From positions 198,047 through 262,046 of the forward strand of contig CAXHJY010000397.1 of assembly GCA_964016885.1 (NCBI GenBank): a DNA stretch of 64,000 nt, written 5' to 3'. Below, piece by piece: positions 53,831 through 64,000 of the stretch. The notes below the pieces were generated by a model. That model ran no database searches. It saw only the letters and a program-made list of their open reading frames with translations, and was not told where the DNA came from. Every line of letters begins with the position of its first letter. The first letter of the stretch is position 1. Both the position numbers and the translations under genes were made by a program. The DNA is from Eledone cirrhosa (taxonomy: Eukaryota).

Positions 53831-56800
53831 TTAGCTTAGCTTACCTTAGGATAGCTTAGCTTAGCTTAGGATAGCTTAGCTTAGGATAGCTTAGCTTAGG
53901 ATAGCTTAGCTTAGGATAGCTTAGCTTAGGTTAGCTTAGCTTAGCTTAGCTTAGGATAGCTTAGGATAGCTTAGCTTAGAATAGCTTAGCTTAGCTTAGC
54001 TTAGGATAGCTTAGCTTAGGATAGCTTAGCTTAGCTTAGCTTAGGATAGCTTAGCTTAGGATAGCTTAGGATAGCTTAGCTTAGCTTAGCTTAAGATAGC
54101 TTAGCTTAGCTTAGGATAGCTTAGCTTAGCTTAGCTTAGGATAGCTTAGCTTAGCTTAGCTTAGCTTAGGATAGCTTAGCTTAGCTTATCTTAGGATAGC
54201 TTAGGATAGCTTAGCTTAGCTTAGCTTAGCTTAGGATAGCTTAGCTTAGCTTAGCTTAGGATAGCTTAGCTTAGCTTAGCTTAGGATAGCTTAGCTTAGC
54301 TTAGGATAGCTTAGCTTAGCTTAGCTTAGCTTAGGATAGCTTAGCTTAGCTTAGCTTAGGATAGCTTAGCTTAGGATAGCTTAGGATAGCTTAGCTTAGG
54401 ATAGCTTAGCTTAGGATAGCTTAGCTTAGCTTAGGATAGCTTAGGATAGCTTAGGATAGCTTAGCTTAGGATAGCTTAGCTTAGGATAGCTTAGGATAGC
54501 TTAGCTTAGCTTAGCTTAGGATAGCTTAGCTTAGCTTAGCTTAGGATAGCTTAGCTTAGCTTAGCTTAGCTTAGGATAGCTTAGCTTAGCTTAGCTTAGG
54601 ATAGCTTAGGATAGCTTAGCTTAGGATAGCTTAGGATAGCTTAGCTTAGGATAGCTTAGGATAGCTTAGCTTAGGATAGCTTAGGATAGCTTAGCTTAGG
54701 ATAGCTTAGCTTAGGATAGCTTAGGATAGCTTAGCTTAGGATAGCTTAGCTTAGGATAGCTTAGCTTAGGATAGCTTAGGATAGCTTAGCTTAGCTTAGC
54801 TTAGGATAGCTTAGCTTAGCTTAGCTTAGGATAGCTTAGCTTAGCTTAGCTTAGGATAGCTTAGCTTAGCTTAGGATAGCTTAGCTTAGCTTAGCTTAGG
54901 ATAGCTTAGCTTAGCTTAGCTTAGGATAGCTTAGGATAGCTTAGGATAGCTTAGCTTTGCTTAGCTTAGGATAGCTTAGCTTAGCTTAGCTTAGGATAGC
55001 TTAGCTTAGCTTAGCTTAGGATAGCTTAGCTTAGCTTAGGATAGCTTAGCTTAGCTTAGCTTAGGATAGCTTAGCTTAGCTTAGCTTAGGATAGCTTAGC
55101 TTAGCTTAGCTTAGGATAGCTTAGCTTAGCTTAGCTTAGGATAGATTAGCTTAGCTTAGGATAGCTTAGCTTAGCTTAGCTTAGGAAAGCTTAGCTTAGC
55201 TTAGGATAGCTTAGTTTAGCTTAGCTTAGGAGAGCTTAGCTTAGCTTAGGATAGCTTAGCTTAGCTTAGCTTAGGATAGCTTAGCTTAGCTTAGCTTAGC
55301 TTAGCTTAGCTTAGGTAGCTTAGCTTAGCTTAGCTTAGGATAGCTTAGCTTAGCTTAGCTTAGCTTAGGATAGCTTAGCTTAGCTTAGCTTAGGAGAGCT
55401 TAGCTTAGCTTAGCTTAGGATAGCTTAGGATAGCTTAGCTTAGGATAGCTTAGGATAGCTTACCTTAGGAGAGCTTAGCTTAGGATAGCTTAGCTTAGGA
55501 TAGCTTAGGATAGCTTAGCTTAGGATAGCTTAGCTTAGGATAGCTTAGCTTAGGATAGCTTAGGATAGCTTAGCTTAGCTTAGCTTAGGATAGCTTAGCT
55601 TAGCTTAGCTTAGGATAGCTTAGCTTAGGTTAGCTTAGCTTAGCTTAGCTTAGCTTAGGATAGCTTAGCTTAGGATAGCTTAGGATAGCTTAGCTTAGGA
55701 TAGCTTAGGATAACTTAGCTTAGGAGAGCTTAGCTTAGGATAGCTTAGGATAGCTTAGCTTAGGATAGCTTAGGATAGCTTAGCTTAGGATAGCTTAGCT
55801 TAGGATAGCTTAGGATAGCTTAGCTTAGCTTAGCTTAGGATAGCTTAGCTTAGCTTAGCTTAGGATAGCTTAGCTTAGCTTAGCTTAGGATAGCTTAGCT
55901 TAGCTTAGCTTAGGATAGCTTAGGATAGCTTAGCTTAGGATAGCTTAGGATAGCTTAGGATAGCTTAGGATAGCTTAGCTTAGCTTAGCTTAGGATAGCT
56001 TAGCTTAGCTTAGCTTAGGATAGCTTAGCTTAGCTTAGCTTAGGATAGCTTAGCTTAGCTTAGGATAGCTTAGCTTAGCTTAGCTTAGGATAGCTTAGCT
56101 TAGCTTAGCTTAGGACAGCTTAGCTTAGCTTAGCTTAGGATAGCTTAGCTTAGCTTAGGATAGCTTAGCTTAGCTTAGCTTAGGATAGCTTAGCTTAGCT
56201 TAGCTTAGGATAGCTTAGCTTAGGATAGCTTAGCTTAGGATAGCTTAGCTTAGGTTAGCTTAGCTTAGCTTAGCTTAGGATAGCTTAGGATAGCTTAGCT
56301 TAGGATAGCTTAGCTTAGCTTAGCTTAGGATAGCTTAGCTTAGCTTAGCTTAGGATAGCTTAGCTTAGCTTAGCTTAGGATAGCTTAGCTTAGCTTAGCT
56401 TAGGATAGCTTAGCTTAGGATAGCTTAGGATAGCTTAGCTTAGCTTAGCTTAGGATAGCTTAGCTTAGCTTAGCTTAGGATAGCTTAGCTTAGCTTAGGA
56501 TAGCTTAGCTTAGCTTAGCTTAGGATAGCTTAGCTTAGCTTAGCTTAGGATAGCTTAGCTTAGCTTAGCTTAGGATAGCTTAGGATAGCTTAGGATAGCT
56601 TAGCTTAGCTTAGCTTAGGATAGCTTAGCTTAGCTTAGCTTAGGATAGCTTAGCTTAGCTTAGCTTAGGATAGCTTAGCTTAGCTTAGGATAGCTTAGCT
56701 TAGCTTAGCTTAGGATAGCTTAGCTTAGCTTAGCTTAGGATAGCTTAGCTTAGCTTAGCTTAGGATAGCTTAGCTTAGCTTAGGATAGCTTAGCTTAGCT

Positions 56801-59800
56801 TAGCTTAGGATAGCTTAGCTTAGGATAGCTTAGGATAGCTTAGCTTAGGATAGCTTAGCTTAGGATAGCTTAGGATAGCTTAGCTTAGCTTAGCTTAGGA
56901 TAGCTTAGCTTAGCTTAGCTTAGGATAGCTTAGCTTAGCTTAGGATAGCTTAGCTTAGCTTAGCTTAGGATAGCTTAGCTTAGCTTAGCTTAGGATAGCT
57001 TAGGATAGCTTAGCTTAGCTTAGCTTAGGATAGCTTAGCTTAGCTTAGCTTAGGATAGCTTAGCTTAGCTTAGCTTAGGATAGCTTAGCTTAGCTTAGGA
57101 TAGCTTAGCTTAGCTTAGCTTAGGATAGCTTAGCTTAGCTTAGCTTAGGATAGCTTAGCTTAGGATAGCTTAGGATAGCTTAGCTTAGCTTAGCTTAGGA
57201 TAGCTTAGCATAGCTTAGCTTAGCTTAGCTTAGGATAGCTTAGCATAGCTTAGGATAGCTTAGCTTAGCTTAGGATAGCTTAGCTTAGCTTAGGATAGCT
57301 TAGCTTAGCTTAGCTTAGGATAGCTTAGCTTAGCTTAGCTTAGGATAGCTTAGCTTAGCTTAGCTTAGGATAGCTTAGGATAGCTTAGCCTAGCTTAGCT
57401 TAGGATAGCTTAGCTTAGCTTAGCTTAGGATAGCTTAGCTTAGCTTAGCTTAGGATAGCTTAGCTTAGCTTAGCTTAGGATAGCTTAGCTTAGGATAGCT
57501 TAGCTTAGCTTAGTTTAGGATAGCTTAGCTTAGGATAGCTTAGCTTAGCTTAGGATAGCTTAGCTTAGCTTAGCTTAGGATAGCTTAGCTTAGCTTAGCT
57601 TAGGATAGCTTAGCTTAGCTTAGCTTAGGATAGCTTAGCTTAGCTTGGCTTAGGATAGCTTAGCTTAGCTTAGCTTAGGATAGCTTAGCTTAGCTTAGCT
57701 TAGGATAGCTTAGCTTAGCTTAGGATAGCTTAGCTTAATTTAGGATAGCTTAGCTTAGCTTGGCTTAGGATAGCTTAGCTTAGCTTAGCTTAGGATAGCT
57801 TAGGATAGCTTAGGATAGCTTAGCTTTGCTTAGCTTAGGATAGCTTAGCTTAGCTTAGCTTAGGATAGCTTAGCTTAGCTTAGCTTAGGATAGCTTAGCT
57901 TAGCTTAGGATAGCTTAGCTTAGCTTAGCTTAGGATAGCTTAGCTTAGCTTAGCTTAGGATAGCTTAGCTTAGCTTAGCTTAGGATAGCTTAGCTTAGCT
58001 TAGCTTAGGATAGATTAGCTTAGCTTAGGATAGCTTAGCTTAGCTTAGCTTAGGAAAGCTTAGCTTAGCTTAGGATAGCTTAGTTTAGCTTAGCTTAGGA
58101 GAGCTTAGCTTAGCTTAGGATAGCTTAGCTTAGCTTAGCTTAGGATAGCTTAGCTTAGCTTAGCTTAGGTAGCTTAGCTTAGCTTAGCTTAGGATAGCTT
58201 AGCTTAGCTTAGCTTAGCTTAGGATAGCTTAGCTTAGCTTAGCTTAGGAGAGCTTAGCTTAGCTTAGCTTAGGATAGCTTAAAATAGCTTAGCTTAGGAT
58301 AGCTTAGGATAGCTTACCTTAGGAGAGCTTAGCTTAGGATAGCTTAGCTTAGGATAGCTTAGGATAGCTTAGCTTAGGATAGCTTAGCTTAGGATAGCTT
58401 AGCTTAGGATAGCTTAGGATAGCTTAGCTTAGCTTAGCTTAGGATAGCTTAGCTTAGCTTAGCTTAGCTTAGGATAGCTTAGCTTAGGTTAGCTTAGCTT
58501 AGCTTAGCTTAGCTTAGGATAGCTTAGCTTAGGATAGCTTAGGATAGCTTAGCTTAGGATAGCTTAGGATAGCTTAGCTTAGGAGAGCTTAGCTTAGGAT
58601 AGCTTAGGATAGCTTAGCTTAGGATAGCTTAGGATAGCTTAGCTTAGGATAGCTTAGCTTAGGATAGCTTAGGATAGCTTAGCTTAGCTTAGCTTAGGAT
58701 AGCTTAGCTTAGCTTAGCTTAGGATAGCTTAGCTTAGCTTAGCTTAGGATAGCTTAGCTTAGCTTAGCTTAGGATAGCTTAGGATAGCTTAGCTTAGGAT
58801 AGCTTAGGATAGCTTAGCTTAGGATAGCTTAGGATAGCTTAGGATAGCTTAGCTTAGCTTAGCTTAGGATAGCTTAGCTTAGCTTAGCTTAGGATAGCTT
58901 AGCTTAGCTTAGCTTAGGATAGCTTAGCTTAGCTTAGGATAGCTTAGCTTAGCTTAGCTTAGGATAGCTTAGCTTAGCTTAGCTTAGGACAGCTTAGCTT
59001 AGCTTAGCTTAGGATAGCTTAGCTTAGCTTAGGATAGCTTAGCTTAGCTTAGCTTAGGATAGCTTAGCTTAGCTTAGCTTAGGATAGCTTAGCTTAGGAT
59101 AGCTTAGCTTAGGATAGCTTAGCTTAGGTTAGCTTAGCTTAGCTTAGCTTAGGATAGCTTAGGATAGCTTAGCTTAGGATAGCTTAGCTTAGCTTAGCTT
59201 AGGATAGCTTAGCTTAGCTTAGCTTAGGATAGCTTAGCTTAGCTTAGCTTAGGATAGCTTAGCTTAGCTTAGCTTAGGAAAGCTTAGCTTAGGATAGCTT
59301 AGGATAGCTTAGCTTAGCTTAGCTTAGGATAGCTTAGCTTAGCTTAGCTTAGGATAGCTTAGCTTAGCTTAGGATAGCTTAGCTTAGCTTAGCTTAGCAT
59401 AGCTTAGCTTAGGATAGCTTAGCTTAGCTTAGCTTAGGATAGCTTAGGATAGCTTAGGATAGCTTAGCTTAGCTTAGCTTAGGATAGCTTAGCTTAGCTT
59501 AGCTTAGGATAGCTTAGCTTAGCTTAGCTTAGGATAGCTTAGCTTAGCTTAGGATAGCTTAGCTTAGCTTAGCTTAGGATAGCTTAGCTTAGCTTAGCTT
59601 AGGATAGCTTAGCTTAGCTTAGCTTAGGATAGCTTAGCTTAGCTTAGGATAGCTTAGCTTAGCTTAGCTTAGGATAGCTTAGCTTAGGATAGCTTAGGAT
59701 AGCTTAGCTTAGGATAGCTTAGCTTAGGATAGCTTAGGATAGCTTAGCTTAGCTTAGCTTAGGATAGCTTAGCTTAGCTTAGCTTAGGATAGCTTAGCTT

Positions 59801-60059
59801 AGCTTAGGATAGCTTAGCTTAGCTTAGCTTAGGATAGCTTAGCTTAGCTTAGCTTAGGATAGCTTAGGATAGCTTAGCTTAGCTTAGCTTAGGATAGCTT
59901 AGCTTAGCTTAGCTTAGGATAGCTTAGCTTAGCTTAGCTTAGGATAGCTTAGCTTAGGATAGCTTAGCTTAGGATAGCTTAGCTTAGGTTAGCTTAGCTT
60001 AGCTTAGCTTAGGATAGCTTAGGATAGCTTAGCTTAGGATAGCTTAGCTTAGCTTAGCT

Positions 60060-63000
60060 TAGGATAGCTTAGCTTAGCTTAGCTTAGGATAGCTTAGCTT
60101 AGGATAGCTTAGGATTGCTTAGCTTAGCTTAGCTTAGGATAGCTTAGCTTAGCTTAGCTTAGGATAGCTTAGCTTAGCTTAGGATAGCTTAGCTTAGCTT
60201 AGCTTAGGATAGCTTAGCTTAGCTTAGCTTAGGATAGCTTAGCTTAGCTTAGCTTAGGATAGCTTAGGATAGCTTAGGATAGCTTAGCTTAGCTTAGCTT
60301 AGGATAGCTTAGCTTAGCTTAGGATAGCTTAGCTTAGCTTAGCTTAGGATAGCTTAGCTTAGCTTAGGATAGCTTAGCTTAGCTTAGCTTAGGATAGCTT
60401 AGCTTAGCTTAGCTTAGGATAGCTTAGCTTAGCTTAGCTTAGGATAGCTTAGCTTAGCTTAGCTTAGGATAGCTTAGCTTAGCTTAGGATAGATTAGCTT
60501 AGCTTAGGATAGCTTAGCTTAGCTTAGCTTAGGAAAGCTTAGCTTAGCTTAGGATAGCTTAGCTTAGCTTAGCTTAGGAGAGCTTAGCTTAGCTTAGCTT
60601 AGGATAGCTTAGCTTAGCTTAGCTTAGGATAGCTTAGCTTAGCTTAGCTTAGGTAGCTTAGCTTAGCTTAGCTTAGGATAGCTTAGCTTAGCTTAGCTTA
60701 GCTTAGCTTAGGATAGCTTAGCTTAGCTTAGCTTAGGAGAGCTTAGCTTAGCTTAGCTTAGGATAGCTTAGGATAGCTTAGCTTAGGATAGCTTAGGATA
60801 GCTTACCTTAGGAGAGCTTAGCTTAGGATAGCTTAGCTTAGGATAGCTTAGGATAGCTTAGCTTAGGATAGCTTAGCTTAGGATAGCTTAGCTTAGGATA
60901 GCTTAGGATAGCTTAGCTTAACTTAGCTTAGGATAGCTTAGCTTAGCTTAGCTTAGGATAGCTTAGCTTAGGTTAGCTTAGCTTAGCTTAGCTTAGCTTA
61001 GGATAGCTTAGCTTAGGATAGCTTAGGATAGCTTAGGATAGCTTAGCTTAGGATAGCTTAGCTTAGGATAGCTTAGGATAGCTTAGCTTAGGATAGCTTA
61101 GGATAGCTTAGCTTAGGATAGCTTAGCTTAGGATAGCTTAGGATAGCTTAGCTTAGCTTAGCTTAGGATAGCTTAGCTTAGCTTAGCTTAGGATAGCTTA
61201 GCTTAGCTTAGGATAGCTTAGCTTAGCTTAGCTTAGGATAGCTTAGGATAGCTTAGCTTAGGATAGCTTAGGATAGCTTAGCTTAGGATAGCTTAGGATA
61301 GCTTAGGATAGCTTAGCTTAGCTTAGCTTAGGATAGCTTAGCTTAGCTTAGCTTAGGATAGCTTAGCTTAGCTTAGCTTAGGATAGCTTAGCTTAGCTTA
61401 GGATAGCTTAGCTTAGCTTAGCTTAGGATAGCTTAGCTTAGCTTAGCTTAGGACAGCTTAGCTTAGCTTAGCTTAGGATAGCTTAGCTTAGCTTAGGATA
61501 GCTTAGCTTAGCTTAGCTTAGGATAGCTTAGCTTAGCTTAGCTTGGGATAGCTTAGCTTAGGATAGCTTAGCTTAGGATAGCTTAGCTTAGGTTAGCTTA
61601 GCTTAGCTTAGCTTAGGATAGCTTAGGATAGCTTAGCTTAGGATAGCTTAGCTTAGCTTAGCTTAGCATAGCTTAGCTTAGCTTAGCTTAGGATAGCTTA
61701 GCTTAGCTTAGCTTAGGATAGCTTAGCTTAGCTTAGCTTAGGATAGCTTAGCTTAGGATAGCTTAGGATAGCTTAGCTTAGCTTAGGATAGCTTAGCTTA
61801 GCTTAGCTTAGGATAGCTTAGCTTAGCTTAGGATAGCTTAGCTTAGCTTAGCTTAGGATAGCTTAGCTTAGCTTAGCTTAGGATAGCTTAGCTTAGGATA
61901 GCTTAGGATTGCTTAGCTTAGCTTAGCTTAGGATAGCTTAGCTTAGCTTAGCTTAGGATAGCTTAGCTTAGCTTAGGATAGCTTAGCTTAGCTTAGCTTA
62001 GGATAGCTTAGCTTAGCTTAGCTTAGGATAGCTTAGCTTAGCTTAGCTTAGGATAGCTTAGGATAGCTTAGGATAGCTTAGCTTAGCTTAGCTTAGGATA
62101 GCTTAGCTTAGCTTAGGATAGCTTAGCTTAGCTTAGCTTAGGATAGCTTAGCTTAGCTTAGGATAGCTTAGCTTAGCTTAGCTTAGGATAGCTTAGCTTA
62201 GCTTAGCTTAGGATAGCTTAGCTTAGCTTAGCTTAGGATAGCTTAGCTTAGCTTAGCTTAGGATAGCTTAGCTTAGCTTAGGATAGATTAGCTTAGCTTA
62301 GGATAGCTTAGCTTAGCTTAGCTTAGGAAAGCTTAGCTTAGCTTAGGATAGCTTAGCTTAGCTTAGCTTAGGAGAGCTTAGCTTAGCTTAGCTTAGGATA
62401 GCTTAGCTTAGCTTAGCTTAGGATAGCTTAGCTTAGCTTAGCTTAGGTAGCTTAGCTTAGCTTAGCTTAGGATAGCTTAGCTTAGCTTAGCTTAGCTTAG
62501 CTTAGGATAGCTTAGCTTAGCTTAGCTTAGGAGAGCTTAGCTTAGCTTAGCTTAGGATAGCTTAGGATAGCTTAGCTTAGGATAGCTTAGGATAGCTTAC
62601 CTTAGGAGAGCTTAGCTTAGGATAGCTTAGCTTAGGATAGCTTAGGATAGCTTAGCTTAGGATAGCTTAGCTTAGGATAGCTTAGCTTAGGATAGCTTAG
62701 GATAGCTTAGCTTAGCTTAGCTTAGGATAGCTTAGCTTAGCTTAGCTTAGGATAGCTTAGCTTAGGTTAGCTTAGCTTAGCTTAGCTTAGCTTAGGATAG
62801 CTTAGCTTAGGATAGCTTAGGATAGCTTAGGATAGCTTAGCTTAGGATAGCTTAGCTTAGGATAGCTTAGGATAGCTTAGCTTAGGATAGCTTAGGATAG
62901 CTTAGCTTAGGATAGCTTAGCTTAGGATAGCTTAGGATAGCTTAGCTTAGCTTAGCTTAGGATAGCTTAGCTTAGCTTAGCTTAGGATAGCTTAGCTTAG

Positions 63001-63600
63001 CTTAGGATAGCTTAGCTTAGCTTAGCTTAGGATAGCTTAGGATAGCTTAGCTTAGGATAGCTTAGGATAGCTTAGCTTAGGATAGCTTAGGATAGCTTAG
63101 GATAGCTTAGCTTAGCTTAGCTTAGGATAGCTTAGCTTAGCTTAGCTTAGGATAGCTTAGCTTAGCTTAGCTTAGGATAGCTTAGCTTAGCTTAGGATAG
63201 CTTAGCTTAGCTTAGCTTAGGATAGCTTAGCTTAGCTTAGCTTAGGACAGCTTAGCTTAGCTTAGCTTAGGATAGCTTAGCTTAGCTTAGGATAGCTTAG
63301 CTTAGCTTAGCTTAGGATAGCTTAGCTTAGCTTAGCTTAGGATAGCTTTGCTTAGGATAGCTTAGCTTAGGATAGCTTAGCTTAGGTTAGCTTAGCTTAG
63401 CTTAGCTTAGGATAGCTTAGGATAGCTTAGCTTAGGATAGCTTAGCTTAGCTTAGCTTAGCATAGCTTAGCTTAGCTTAGCTTAGGATAGCTTAGCTTAG
63501 CTTAGCTTAGGATAGCTTAGCTTAGCTTAGCTTAGGATAGCTTAGCTTAGGATAGCTTAGGATAGCTTAGCTTAGCTTAGGATAGCTTAGCTTAGCTTAG
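60060..63600. repeat. 1794 bp tandem duplication
   Basis: GATTG 60113/61907, GTAG 60653/62447 and GACAG 61452/63246, all at offset 1794. Confidence 0.88.
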
Positions 63601-64000
63601 GATAGCTTAGCTTAGCTTAGGATAGCTTAGCTTAGCTTAGCTTAGGATAGCTTAGCTTAGCTTAGCTTAGGATAGCTTAGCTTAGCTTAGCTTAGGATAG
63701 CTTAGGATAGCTTAGGATAGCTTAGCTTAGCTTAGCTTAGGATAGCTTAGCTTAGCTTAGCTTAGGATAGCTTAGCTTAGCTTAGCTTAGGATAGCTTAG
63801 CTTAGCTTAGGATAGCTTAGCTTAGCTTAGCTTAGGATAGCTTAGCTTAGCTTAGCTTAGGATAGCTTAGCTTAGCTTAGCTTAGGATAGATTAGCTTAG
63901 CTTAGGATAGCTTAGCTTAGCTTAGCTTAGGAAAGCTTAGCTTAGCTTAGGATAGCTTAGCTTTGCTTAGCTTAGGATAGCTTAGGATAGCTTAGCTTAG

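Larger units (their letters stand above)
1..64000. repeat. Compound pentanucleotide satellite (CTTAG)n-GATAG, n mostly 1-4; reverse strand CTATC-(CTAAG)n
   Basis: Every line parses into CTTAG and GATAG pentamers plus sparse point variants. The array runs off both window ends, with no inversion or unique insert seen. Confidence 0.99.

Noticed and set aside
1-64000. Protein-coding ORFs on either strand
   Set aside because: TAG every 5 bp stops all + frames within about 15 bp. On the - strand TAA closes frames, except short runs of 15-bp words that read YPKLS repeats for a few dozen codons at most, with no credible start.
1-64000. CRISPR array or other repeat-spacer system
   Set aside because: There are no unique spacers, no leader and no cas genes; everything between repeats is the same pentamers.
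1-64000. Run-length pattern as a deliberate code or synthetic data storage
   Set aside because: The pattern recurs in duplicated blocks with shared point variants, which amplification and recombination explain. Nothing in the sequence indicates a reader or framing.
1-64000. Canonical (TTAGG)n telomere or G-quadruplex array
   Set aside because: TTAGG is almost always isolated, at most doubled. GG runs are 10-25 bp apart and GGG occurs only at rare CTTGG-GATAG variants.
1-64000. GATA-factor binding site cluster
   Set aside because: The context is GGATAG, not the canonical WGATAR, and no gene is present, so a regulatory call is unsupported.

Overview
The whole 64 kb is one uninterrupted, single-orientation simple-sequence satellite built from two pentamers, CTTAG (major) and GATAG (minor), arranged as (CTTAG)n-GATAG with n usually 1-4 (about 40% GC, no CpG in the consensus). 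I see no genes, RNA genes, mobile elements, CRISPR arrays or unique sequence. TAG every 5 bp closes all three + frames and TAA closes the - frames apart from trivial stretches. The information lies in rare variant pentamers (CTTAC, GACAG, GAAAG, GAGAG, CTTCG, CGTAG, GATTA, GTAG etc.). Matched by eye, these reveal nested segmental duplications with offsets of about 284, 1325, 1700, 1794, 2063, 2579, 2999, 3004, 5582, 9700, 13123 and 23876 bp. This looks like a recently amplified, recombination-driven eukaryotic-type satellite (centromeric/heterochromatic or telomere-related). Organism and function cannot be determined from the window. Duplication boundaries are approximate because they fall inside near-identical repeats.
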